Notes under the pieces: generated by a model | The model's database searches: none | What the model was told of the DNA's origin: nothing | The model's input: the letters and a program-made list of their open reading frames with translations, nothing else | NCBI GenBank assembly: GCA_041657405.1 | Contig: JBBABX010000001.1 | Coordinates: forward strand, 12,152-76,151 | Length of the DNA: 64,000 nt | Source of the DNA: Minisyncoccota bacterium | GTDB taxonomy: Bacteria > Patescibacteriota > Minisyncoccia > Phycocordibacterales > XYD1-FULL-46-19 | Direction: 5' to 3' | Translations under genes and position numbers: made by a program | Shown here: positions 10,412-18,964 of the stretch, in pieces | Layout: each line of letters starts with the position of its first letter | How positions within the stretch are numbered: the stretch's first letter is position 1

Positions 10412-11527
10412 TCAAACCAAAGTTTTGGCATATTTTTCCAAATATTCTTCTTTGTCAGTGATAACTTGTTTAGAAAGTTCCTCTTTCAGCTTCTCGGCAA
10501 GTTTAACCAATTGAGTCCTATTATTAAAAGCCCAAAGAATCTTTTCACTCAAACATTCTTCATTAACAATCGGACAAATTAAACTATTGTTTTCATTTAA
10601 AATCTCCCCGACAATACCCACGTCCGTTGTCAAAATCGGACAAGAAGCTTGCGCCGCTTCTATAAATGTCCGACCGTAGCCTTCGTAGTTAGATGTAAGC
10701 AAAAAGAGATCAACCGTTTGATAATAAGCCAATAAATTATTGTTCCATTTTTCTAAGACAACATTTTCATTCAGATTCAAGCGCAAAATTTCTTTTTCAA
10801 TCTTTTTCTGTTCTGGCCCATCACCCACAATCACTAGCCCAATCCGCGGATTAGTTTTTATCACCGACGCTAAAGATCGCAAAGCCAGTGAAAAATTTTT
10901 TTCTCGCGTCAATCTTGAAGCCATCAAAATCACAAAATCAAATTGCGGATATTTTTGATGTAAATTTTCTGTTATGATCCTTGGATTAGAATATGGAGAC
11001 ACAAAAATCGGCAAGACTACTGGTTCAGTTTTGAGTAATAAAAACGCCAACGATTGTTTAATTCTTTCTGAAACCACACGCACGCTATTCGCCTGAGGCA
11101 AAAGTTTTCTGGCCAACCAAACTCTGATTTTATTTTTTAGCGACTCACGTTCAAAAAAAGAGCTAAAGGCATCCGTGTGAAGTTGAAAATTCAACTTGAT
11201 GTTGAATCTTTTTGCCAAAAACCAGCCCGCCAGACCAGTTTCAAATGGGTCTTGGCAAGTAACAACCCCAAACCTATCGTTCCCGCCTTTTAAAACTTTT
11301 CGTCCAACTCTAATCGCACTCCAAACGTAAAAAAATGATGACAAACTGTTTGTTGGATAAGCCCGACAATTTGAAGCAATTTGCGTTTCCTTAAATTTAT
11401 CTACCTTTTTGGCGAATACAACAATCTCCAGTTGTTCAAATAATCTAGCATAATCAAACATTCGTGCTCGGACCGCACTTTTTTCTTCAAAAATTTTTCG
11501 ATCGGTTGAAATCATTAAAACTTTCAT
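10412..11527 (-). CDS. GT1/GT4 glycosyltransferase.
   Basis: Carries EGYGRTFIEAAQASCPILTTDVG. Confidence 0.65.
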   Translation of the reverse strand: MKVLMISTDRKIFEEKSAVRARMFDYARLFEQLEIVVFAKKVDKFKETQIASNCRAYPTNSLSSFFYVWSAIRVGRKVLKGGNDRFGVVTCQDPFETGLAGWFLAKRFNIKLNFQLHTDAFSSFFERESLKNKIRVWLARKLLPQANSVRVVSERIKQSLAFLLLKTEPVVLPIFVSPYSNPRIITENLHQKYPQFDFVILMASRLTREKNFSLALRSLASVIKTNPRIGLVIVGDGPEQKKIEKEILRLNLNENVVLEKWNNNLLAYYQTVDLFLLTSNYEGYGRTFIEAAQASCPILTTDVGIVGEILNENNSLICPIVNEECLSEKILWAFNNRTQLVKLAEKLKEELSKQVITDKEEYLEKYAKTLV

Positions 11528-12657
11528 TTGTTTTTAAGTTCTAGTGTTAAAATTAAATTTTCCAGCATTTTGTCTTTGGTAAAAGTTGTTTCCACATATT
11601 TTTGAGACATTTGCCTTTGCAATTTTTGTTCCAATGTCATTTTTAACAAATTTTTTATCGCCTCAACTAGGCTTTCTTTGTTATTATACTTAAACAGTTG
11701 ATCTTTGCTTTGAATTAATTCTGGATTACCACCAGTATCAGTTACCAGAGCAATTGTGCCAAGACTCATTACTTCAAGTAATTGGTGAGAAAATCCTTCA
11801 TAAGCAGTATTGAGCACAAAAAGATCAGCCGCCTTCAAATATTTGGAGAGTATCTCTTTATTTAGTTGACCAAGATATTTAACAAATTCAGATAAATTAT
11901 TTTCACGAATTACTTTTTCTAAATTGTCTTTTTCTGGACCACTACCAGCAATAAATAATTTTGCCCTCGGAAACTCCATTCTAATTTCTGGCATAATTTT
12001 TATCAACAAATCAAAACCTTTCCAAGGAACGAGGCGCCCCGCGCTAATTAAAATCTGACTTTCACCTGAACCAAGCCCTAGTTCAGCACGTACTTCTTTT
12101 TTATTTAAGATAATCTCTTGAGGTTGAAAAGCATTGTAAATCACAACAATTCTCTCCGAGTTAACGCCCCAATTGGTGACAATTTTTTTTAGGTATTCGC
12201 TCGGCACAATTATTTTTTGGGCTCGACGTGCTACAGTCAACTGAATTTTTTTTAAAATTTTTACCGCCCAAGGATAGTCACCTCTAACAGAAAAGTTATC
12301 AAGTAAATCTGTTACTCCAAAACGTTGGCAGCCTTGCTCCCAAGCATAATCACCAACAATTTTTAAAAAATATGACCGACGTCGCAAAATACAAGCAAGC
12401 ATTACCGGTAAACCGACACTAACTGGATCTTGTGCGTAAATAACCTTACTCTTTGGTATTAAATAAGAAATTCGCCAAAAATAAATTAAGTGGCGAATCA
12501 ATTTTGGTAAATGTCGCACTTCTCCAAAATTTAAAATCTTGACCGAAAAACCGCGTTTTGGTAATTCATTGTTTAAAATTTTGCTATAAGTGGCCGGTCC
12601 GCCAATATCTGGTGGATAAAGACCTGTAGCGATAAGGAGGTCATTTTTGTAAGTCAT
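11524..12657 (-). CDS. GT1/GT4 glycosyltransferase.
   Basis: Carries EGFSHQLLEVMSLGTIALVTDTGG. The 4 nt ATGA overlap with the upstream gene indicates translational coupling. Confidence 0.7.
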   Translation of the reverse strand: MTYKNDLLIATGLYPPDIGGPATYSKILNNELPKRGFSVKILNFGEVRHLPKLIRHLIYFWRISYLIPKSKVIYAQDPVSVGLPVMLACILRRRSYFLKIVGDYAWEQGCQRFGVTDLLDNFSVRGDYPWAVKILKKIQLTVARRAQKIIVPSEYLKKIVTNWGVNSERIVVIYNAFQPQEIILNKKEVRAELGLGSGESQILISAGRLVPWKGFDLLIKIMPEIRMEFPRAKLFIAGSGPEKDNLEKVIRENNLSEFVKYLGQLNKEILSKYLKAADLFVLNTAYEGFSHQLLEVMSLGTIALVTDTGGNPELIQSKDQLFKYNNKESLVEAIKNLLKMTLEQKLQRQMSQKYVETTFTKDKMLENLILTLELKNK

Positions 12658-12767
12658 AAGTTATGTATGGTTTGTAGAACTTGAAACATCAAGATAAACA
12701 AAATCAGCTTACAATTTAAAGCTTACCGTATTTAGGAAAAAAGAAAAAGTCTTGTCAGCCACTAACT

Positions 12768-13904
12768 TCAAGCAGCAAGCTTCTTAAGAATCTCCTTCAT
12801 TTGGTTAGCAATTTCATCCCAATTATATTTCTCTTTTACTAATCGTTGAGCATTGTCAATTACCCGCGCCACCAATTTACGATTATTACAATCAACAATG
12901 AACTTTATTTTTTCAGCAATTGATTCTGGCTTGCGCAATTCGCAAAACCAACCAGTTACATTTTCTTTTAAGAAATCTGGAATTCCTCCAACCGGAGTGC
13001 CAATTACTGGCAAACCAACAGCCATCGCTTCTAAAAAAGAATTGCCTAATCCTTCAGACAACGACGGCCTTACAAAAATATCAGCTCCTATTAGATAATC
13101 AAAAATTTTATTCGGCGTCACTAAACCGACAAATTCTATCCTCTTCCCCAATCCCAATTCGTCAACTAAAACTTTTAGCTTTGATTCATCCGGGCCAGTG
13201 CCAACTATTTTTAATCTAAAATTATCCGGCAAAAATTGCAAGGATTTAATCAAATCATCAACCCCGTTTTTTTTTACTAATCGTGAAGTTGTAATTATTT
13301 CCACTTCTCCATCAACTTTGTTTTCTTTTTTTAATCTTCTATTTTCAATTTGACCTGTGCCATTGGGCACAACTTCAATCGGACAAGTCGCCCCCATTTT
13401 CATAGCCCAATTTTTAAGATAAGTGGAAATAGCCTGAATAAAATCAGCTTCCCTAAACATCGCCCCAAAACGTCTTCCTAAAATTCGCGCTTTTTTCTCA
13501 ACTTCAATCAAGTCATCACCTTCCTGTAAAGTGAGCAAAAAAGGTGTCTCAGTAAGCCTTCGATAAGACAAAGCCGCCAAACCACCGAAACTGGCCATAA
13601 GCCCCCAAACAACAGAGATCTTGCGTTTTTTTAGTTTCTTAGAAGCCCAAAAACCGCCAAGAAACGCCAACATTAGTTTATCCAAAGGTGAGCCAATCCC
13701 TAAACGAAAAACTTCAATTTGACCAACTTTTTCTTGTTTGGGCAAATTTCGTTGAATCCTGGCTGTTACCAGACAAAAATTATAATCTAACAAGCGGTCA
13801 GTTATTTCTTTGACCGCCAACTCGGCACCACCAATTAGCGGCAAATAAGCTGTTGAAAAAATAAGAATCGTTTTTTGGTTTTTCATTAATTCAATAAGAT
13901 GCAA
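12768..13904 (-). CDS. GT1/GT4 glycosyltransferase.
   Basis: Carries EGLGNSFLEAMAVGLPVIGTPVGG. Confidence 0.7.
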   Translation of the reverse strand: MHLIELMKNQKTILIFSTAYLPLIGGAELAVKEITDRLLDYNFCLVTARIQRNLPKQEKVGQIEVFRLGIGSPLDKLMLAFLGGFWASKKLKKRKISVVWGLMASFGGLAALSYRRLTETPFLLTLQEGDDLIEVEKKARILGRRFGAMFREADFIQAISTYLKNWAMKMGATCPIEVVPNGTGQIENRRLKKENKVDGEVEIITTSRLVKKNGVDDLIKSLQFLPDNFRLKIVGTGPDESKLKVLVDELGLGKRIEFVGLVTPNKIFDYLIGADIFVRPSLSEGLGNSFLEAMAVGLPVIGTPVGGIPDFLKENVTGWFCELRKPESIAEKIKFIVDCNNRKLVARVIDNAQRLVKEKYNWDEIANQMKEILKKLAA

Positions 13905-13906
13905 GT

Positions 13907-15658
13907 TTAATCCAAATCAACTTTGAGCATTTTTTCTAAGACTTCTCTTGGAACTTCTTTATCTTCTTTTTGTCTTATAATTAGGGTTATCGGTTTTTCT
14001 TCTTCTTGAACATTCTTTAATAAATTTTCTTTTGCTTTTGGTTCTTCTTGGGATTTTTCTTCATCTTTAGCTTCTACCGTATTTTTTTTAAATTCTGTTT
14101 TTTCTTTTTTCTTGTCAGCAAAAATTTCTTTCAATACTGATTTCAAATCTTCTTTAGATTGATTAGACTTGGGTTTACTTTTTAAAATATTTAGAGAAAA
14201 TTTTTTAGGAACTTTGTTGTAATTATTATTAACCTTAAACTCAACTTTTTTTTCTTCAAACGTTGGTTTAATCTCATTACTTGGCTTAGGTGTTTGACTG
14301 TTGTGATTTTCTTTCTTTTTAGGTTCCTCTTTCTTCCAATTGTCTTTCCTTTTGACCGTTTCAACTATTATTTCTTCGCCGTACCAATTAACAATTTCTT
14401 TTTGAACTTGTTCACGCGATTTAGCATAAGTCTGTCTAGTATAATTAATAATGGCATCGTGATTAGATTCACCCAAAGCCACGATTGGCGGAATGGTTAC
14501 TGCCGAAAAGGGTGGCGAACCAACGCCATCAATCATTAGTGTTAGATAAATTTGGGCAAAACCCAAATTGACCAAATCTTCTTTAGTAAAAGTCGGCGAA
14601 AAGATTTTTTCTAACAATTCAGCATCAAATGGTCCAACCCGAAATGAAATAATTGAGCCAACGTTGCCAAAAACTGCGTTTCGCACCGTTTCTGGCATTT
14701 GTTCAATATATTGATGTGCAATCGTCAAACTCAATTTATATTTGCGTGCTTCTGCTAAAATATCGGCAAAAGAATCATTAACAAATGATTGAAATTCATC
14801 AACAAACAAATAAAATTGTGGCAAATGAATCAAGCTCGCCGGAGACACTTCCGCACGCGACATGGCCGCTAAATAAATTTTGGTAATAAACATTCCACCC
14901 AAAAGATTAGCATTTTGTTCGCCCAAGCGACCCTTAGATAAGTTTACAATTAAAATCTTCTTTTCATCCATCACTTTTCGTAAATCAAAATTGGATTTAG
15001 GTTGACCGATAATATTCCGAATCAACGGATTAGATGTAAATTGACCAATTTTGTTTTTAATAGCATCACCAGCTTCTTGCATATAACGTTCATTATATTT
15101 GGCAAATTCATCCACCCAAAATGATTTTACCGAGGGATCGGAAATATTATCCACCACCTTTTTACGAAAACCTTTATCCGACAACATTCGATTTACTCCT
15201 AACAAAGTAGAATTCGGGTATTCTAAAAGCGCCAATAGAGTATTGTTTAAAATATATTCCATCCGCGCTGACCAAACATCCGGCCAAATTTTTTTGAACG
15301 TAGACATCAGTCCGTTGGCAACCAAGTGACGTTGGTCTTTGCCTACATCTTCCATGATATTGAAAGCAATCGGATAATCTAAATCAAATGGCGCAAAATA
15401 GATTACGTCTTTGACTCTTTCGGTTGGCACAAAATCCAGTAAGGTTTCTGCCGACTTGCCGTGTGGGTCAATAAACGCCATCCCTTCTCCATTTTTGATA
15501 TCCTGCACTGCCATATTCTCCAACAAGGTTGATTTACCCAAACCAGTTTTCCCAATAACATAAAAATGCCTCGCACGATCTTCCGACTTAATGCCAAAGG
15601 TTGTCCGTTTGCCCCGGAAGTCTGTTTGCGCGAAGTAGTTGACAGTTTGGTTGTTCAT
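13907..15658 (-). CDS. TraD/TraG/VirD4-like (DUF87, FtsK/HerA-superfamily) P-loop ATPase with a ~150 aa lysine/glutamate-rich low-complexity C-terminal tail.
   Basis: Walker A VIGKTGLGKST near the N-terminus, followed by FIDPHG and Walker-B-like LFVDEFQ. The tail is KKEEPKKKEN... It is the first gene of the glycan operon. Confidence 0.5.
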   Translation of the reverse strand: MNNQTVNYFAQTDFRGKRTTFGIKSEDRARHFYVIGKTGLGKSTLLENMAVQDIKNGEGMAFIDPHGKSAETLLDFVPTERVKDVIYFAPFDLDYPIAFNIMEDVGKDQRHLVANGLMSTFKKIWPDVWSARMEYILNNTLLALLEYPNSTLLGVNRMLSDKGFRKKVVDNISDPSVKSFWVDEFAKYNERYMQEAGDAIKNKIGQFTSNPLIRNIIGQPKSNFDLRKVMDEKKILIVNLSKGRLGEQNANLLGGMFITKIYLAAMSRAEVSPASLIHLPQFYLFVDEFQSFVNDSFADILAEARKYKLSLTIAHQYIEQMPETVRNAVFGNVGSIISFRVGPFDAELLEKIFSPTFTKEDLVNLGFAQIYLTLMIDGVGSPPFSAVTIPPIVALGESNHDAIINYTRQTYAKSREQVQKEIVNWYGEEIIVETVKRKDNWKKEEPKKKENHNSQTPKPSNEIKPTFEEKKVEFKVNNNYNKVPKKFSLNILKSKPKSNQSKEDLKSVLKEIFADKKKEKTEFKKNTVEAKDEEKSQEEPKAKENLLKNVQEEEKPITLIIRQKEDKEVPREVLEKMLKVDLD

Positions 15659-15946
15659 GAAGTGCGATAAATGCGATACTAATATACGAATGTATGCGAA
15701 TAAAACGAATAGAAAAACTGGAGGGTAAAGAATACTATCTTAATTATAAAACTTAATCGGTAATAATTCCAGTTCAACCGAAAAAATAGTATACCGTATG
15801 TTGTATATAGTATGTAGTTGATCCGCTATCTTTTTATCAAAAATCACATGACTAATCACGTAAGGGGTCACGTAAATTTTGATAAAAAAAATGACCCCCA
15901 ATCCGCCGAAGCAGACTGAGGGTCAAAGGGTCCAAGGGACAAAGGA

Positions 15947-16636
15947 TCAGGCTTGCGCCAGAGCCGAAGGTTCCGAGAACCCCAGATCTGACTTGCGAGA
16001 GAACACCTGGTCGCCAACACGCCACCCGAGCGGGCTCAGGGCGGAGTTCGCCCAGACGCACCAGCCGCCGCCGCCCCAGTCCACGTCGACCGCGCGAAGC
16101 ACACCAGCCTGGTCCCGAATGTAGAAGATGTTGGCGTAGCCGTTGTTCAAGAGAACACCGTTTTCACCATTCTTCTTCTTCTCCATCAAGAAGAACATTT
16201 CCGTCAAAGTGGTTTCGGATTTCTCCTCGCCACCCAGTTCGGTAATGATGGGACCATCAACTGAAGACTTCCGTAATTTGTGGTAGCGGAGCGTCTGTTC
16301 GCTCGTCGGGTCTTCGGTCTTGCCGTCGCCCGACAGAAACCAGCTGGTAAAGCTGTCCCAGACTGCCGAGATCTTCACCGAAGCGTTGCGCTTGGTGTTG
16401 ACCACAAACTTGTCTTTGGCGACGAACTTGCCGGTGGTTGCGGGAATCACAACCGCTCCAACTGGCTCAAAAATTGAGGGGTTGGGTTTAGCGACCCCAT
16501 TCCAGCAGGGTTCCTTGCGGAGGAACTTCTTCAATTCCCCCAACCACTCCTCCCAGTCCTTTCCAGAGAGTTTCTCAAACAGATCATTCAGCAGTCCCTG
16601 AACCTCGGAGAGTGCTACGCCGAGCATGTCTACCAT
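15947..16636 (-). CDS. GC-rich paralog A: hypothetical protein with an FGE/C-type-lectin-like C-terminus (RGGGW...GDQVFSR). Candidate DGR variable protein.
   Basis: A 229 aa ORF at about 55-60% GC in a ~35% GC window. It is homologous to 18965..19687. The conserved promoter supplies AGGAGG 6 nt before the ATG. Confidence 0.6.
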   Translation of the reverse strand: MVDMLGVALSEVQGLLNDLFEKLSGKDWEEWLGELKKFLRKEPCWNGVAKPNPSIFEPVGAVVIPATTGKFVAKDKFVVNTKRNASVKISAVWDSFTSWFLSGDGKTEDPTSEQTLRYHKLRKSSVDGPIITELGGEEKSETTLTEMFFLMEKKKNGENGVLLNNGYANIFYIRDQAGVLRAVDVDWGGGGWCVWANSALSPLGWRVGDQVFSRKSDLGFSEPSALAQA

Positions 16637-16745
16637 GGTCAGCCTCCTTTCTTCTCTTTTTTGTCAATTTGGTACGGAAACAATTCCTGCACCTTCTACC
16701 TATTATTATACACTCAAACTCATCTTTAGTCAATGGTTTAAATTA
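16637..16745 (-). promoter_or_regulatory. Conserved promoter and 5' leader of paralog A.
   Basis: On the minus strand it reads TTGACT-17 nt-TATAAT, then a ~75 nt leader ending AAAGGAGGCTGACC-ATG. It is about 90% identical to 19688..19800. Confidence 0.55.
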
Positions 16746-16828
16746 AAGATAACCAAAAATAAGTATTTTGACTCCCCCACCTTAAAAATAGTCCGGAGAC
16801 GATTTTTAAGGTGATCAAAACATCTTAA

Positions 16829-16880
16829 AATCCCCCAATCTCCCAAAAATTCGCCTGAATTTTTGGGAGATTGGGGGATT
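16829..16880. terminator. 21 bp perfect inverted repeat (aatcccccaatctcccaaaaa / tttttgggagattgggggatt) with a 10 nt loop. Probable terminator of the upstream gene and insulator.
   Basis: An exact stem read from the sequence, followed by a T-rich tract. It lies between the end of the glycoside-hydrolase-like gene and the paralog A promoter. Confidence 0.5.
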
Positions 16881-16941
16881 TGAGAATTGTTTTTTCATCT
16901 TTTTTCAAGAAAAAAGTCTAAAATTTGATAATTATTTTTAA

Positions 16942-18174
16942 TTATCTGTACGCCCCTATTGTATAAACATTGGCTGGATCCCACATCATCCAAGAAGTCA
17001 GTCCGGCATCATAGACAGCACGCTTTTGCGCTTTAATCATATCAGCAGTGTAATCGGCACCTAGATCAAAATCCTGCAACCACGGCCGGAGTTTGAGAGA
17101 CGAATAACCTTGTGCTACTACTCGTGCAACAGCCGCAGACATTGAGTGTTTTACTATCTCATACGGCACAGAAGCGGGATTTTTGTAATTCAAAAAACCA
17201 GTCGGATAATGCGACGGATAAACCATTGGCGCAACATAATCAAAATACGGAATTGTATTTTCTAAAACTTGACCGATTCCCAAATCATCAGTATTTGTCG
17301 TTACCATACCAAAAACATCAGCCGAAATTGGCACATCAAGACCTTTCAACTTAGCGTCTAAATAAACAAAAAACTTTCGCAGGGCTTCAGCCTGAGTCTC
17401 ACCATCAAGACGCGAGTAAGGATAAGAAATATTGGTCGTATCCCCATCAGACGGAAAACGAATGTAATCAAAATTTAGTTCATCGAAACCAAGACGGTAG
17501 GCTTCTTTGCCAACCGCAACGGTATAATCCCAAACTTCTGGCGCGCTGACATCAAGCCAAGCTATCCCCTTGCGATCGGTCCAAAGCATACCATTATCCA
17601 AACGCTTGAGTGCCAAATCGGGCCTGGTTCGTGATAATAAATTGTCTTGGAAAACCGAGATCCGAGCAATAGTATAAAAATTTTTCTGGTGAAGATAATC
17701 CACAAACTCTGCCAAGTCTTTTACTCGTCCACTCAATTTACCAGTTGCCTCAGTCTCTATATCCATCGAAACAGTGCCAGAATAATCTTTGACGTCAATC
17801 ACCATAGAATTGATTTCTGTTCCCGCCAAATTATTAATGAGACGTTCTCGAATATTTTTGGTCCCGGCTACCCAACTAGACATATAAATTGCCTTGACCA
17901 CAGCTGGCGTCTCTTTATGAGTGACAATTAGCTTAGGTTCTGACTTTTGACTGGAAGTAGCTTGTGCCAGCAAATCATTATTTATCAAACCCGCTATTTC
18001 ACGATTATAAGTCGGTATTTCAAAAGATCCCCAAAACCAAAAAAATAACAGGGTAAAAACGACGACAAAAACCGCCCCTACCAACCATAGAATTTTTTTA
18101 TTAATTTTAATTCTCAAGTTCCGACGCATCAAAATTTGTTTCTTCCGTCTCTGGGACCACTTCTTCCATTTCAA
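16942..18174 (-). CDS. Membrane-anchored putative TIM-barrel glycoside-hydrolase-like protein (DUF4015/GHL-like).
   Basis: An N-terminal TM segment followed by a ~350 aa domain with DYIRFP and DG acidic motifs. The family assignment is tentative. The start is probably the internal MRRNLRIK. Confidence 0.3.
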   Translation of the reverse strand: MKWKKWSQRRKKQILMRRNLRIKINKKILWLVGAVFVVVFTLLFFWFWGSFEIPTYNREIAGLINNDLLAQATSSQKSEPKLIVTHKETPAVVKAIYMSSWVAGTKNIRERLINNLAGTEINSMVIDVKDYSGTVSMDIETEATGKLSGRVKDLAEFVDYLHQKNFYTIARISVFQDNLLSRTRPDLALKRLDNGMLWTDRKGIAWLDVSAPEVWDYTVAVGKEAYRLGFDELNFDYIRFPSDGDTTNISYPYSRLDGETQAEALRKFFVYLDAKLKGLDVPISADVFGMVTTNTDDLGIGQVLENTIPYFDYVAPMVYPSHYPTGFLNYKNPASVPYEIVKHSMSAAVARVVAQGYSSLKLRPWLQDFDLGADYTADMIKAQKRAVYDAGLTSWMMWDPANVYTIGAYR

Positions 18175-18589
18175 TCTTTTTGCGACGCGGTCGTCGTTTT
18201 TTAACTTCGGTCATTTCAGAAATAAAACTAGGTGATTGATCCCTTTCTTCCATCTCGCCTACCGGCTCAGAAGTTATGACTACCGTTTCTTCTTGCACAA
18301 CAATCGGTTCAGAATCTGATTTTTCTTCTAATTCCAAATCCGAATTCGGCTTTAGTTCGGTTATTGCTTCTTGATTATAAGAGAAGCCACTAGTTGACTC
18401 CCGCACAAAACCAAAAATAACTATTAATAAACCAAATAAAAATATTAGAGCTGTCCGCAGGGATTCCGGGAGGCCGGTAAAAGGAATAATCATAACAAGC
18501 AAACCCAGAATCGCGCTGGCCCTGTTACGCCAAATTATGTGTCTCATATGAAGAAAGGATATCATATTTAAAAGTAAGTTAAAAGGCAT
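18107..18589 (-). CDS. Hypothetical small membrane protein with an acidic C-terminus. It overlaps the start of the downstream gene.
   Basis: ORF with two predicted TM helices and no recognisable motif. Confidence 0.25.
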   Translation of the reverse strand: MPFNLLLNMISFLHMRHIIWRNRASAILGLLVMIIPFTGLPESLRTALIFLFGLLIVIFGFVRESTSGFSYNQEAITELKPNSDLELEEKSDSEPIVVQEETVVITSEPVGEMEERDQSPSFISEMTEVKKRRPRRKKIEMEEVVPETEETNFDASELEN

Positions 18590-18964
18590 CTACCTGTCGG
18601 CAGACAGGAAAGTTATTTATCTGCCTTGGGCAGAGAAGCTAAAGATAGAGATAAGGTAGTTTTCAGCTATCAGGTTTCAGCTTTCAGGAGAGATCATGAT
18701 GATAAAAGCACAAATAATTAATAGAACAGACCAGGGCCGGAGACCACGCATCTTTCAGAAGTGGCGGGATTAAAGTGTAAAGATAAAAGTGTAAAATGCA
18801 AAGATAAAACAGCTGTCAGATTTCAGTTGGGGTAATTAAAAAGTCGGTAATTACAAAATCCCCTGGCGCCCCGAAGGGTCCAAGGGATTGAGAGTCGAAG
18901 TGACTGAGGGTCAAAGGGTCCCCGCCTCCGCCAAGACTATGGCGGGCAAGCAAGGGACAAAGGA

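Noticed and set aside
15852-16124. Overlapping short ORFs on both strands within the GC-rich paralog genes (15852..16061, 15879..16124, 16280..16477, 16320..16601, 18816..19043, 18888..19142, 19006..19278 and 19097..19675).
   Set aside because: They are artefacts of high GC content (few stop codons) inside the two real genes. The long frames with a promoter, an SD and paralog conservation are the genuine CDSs.
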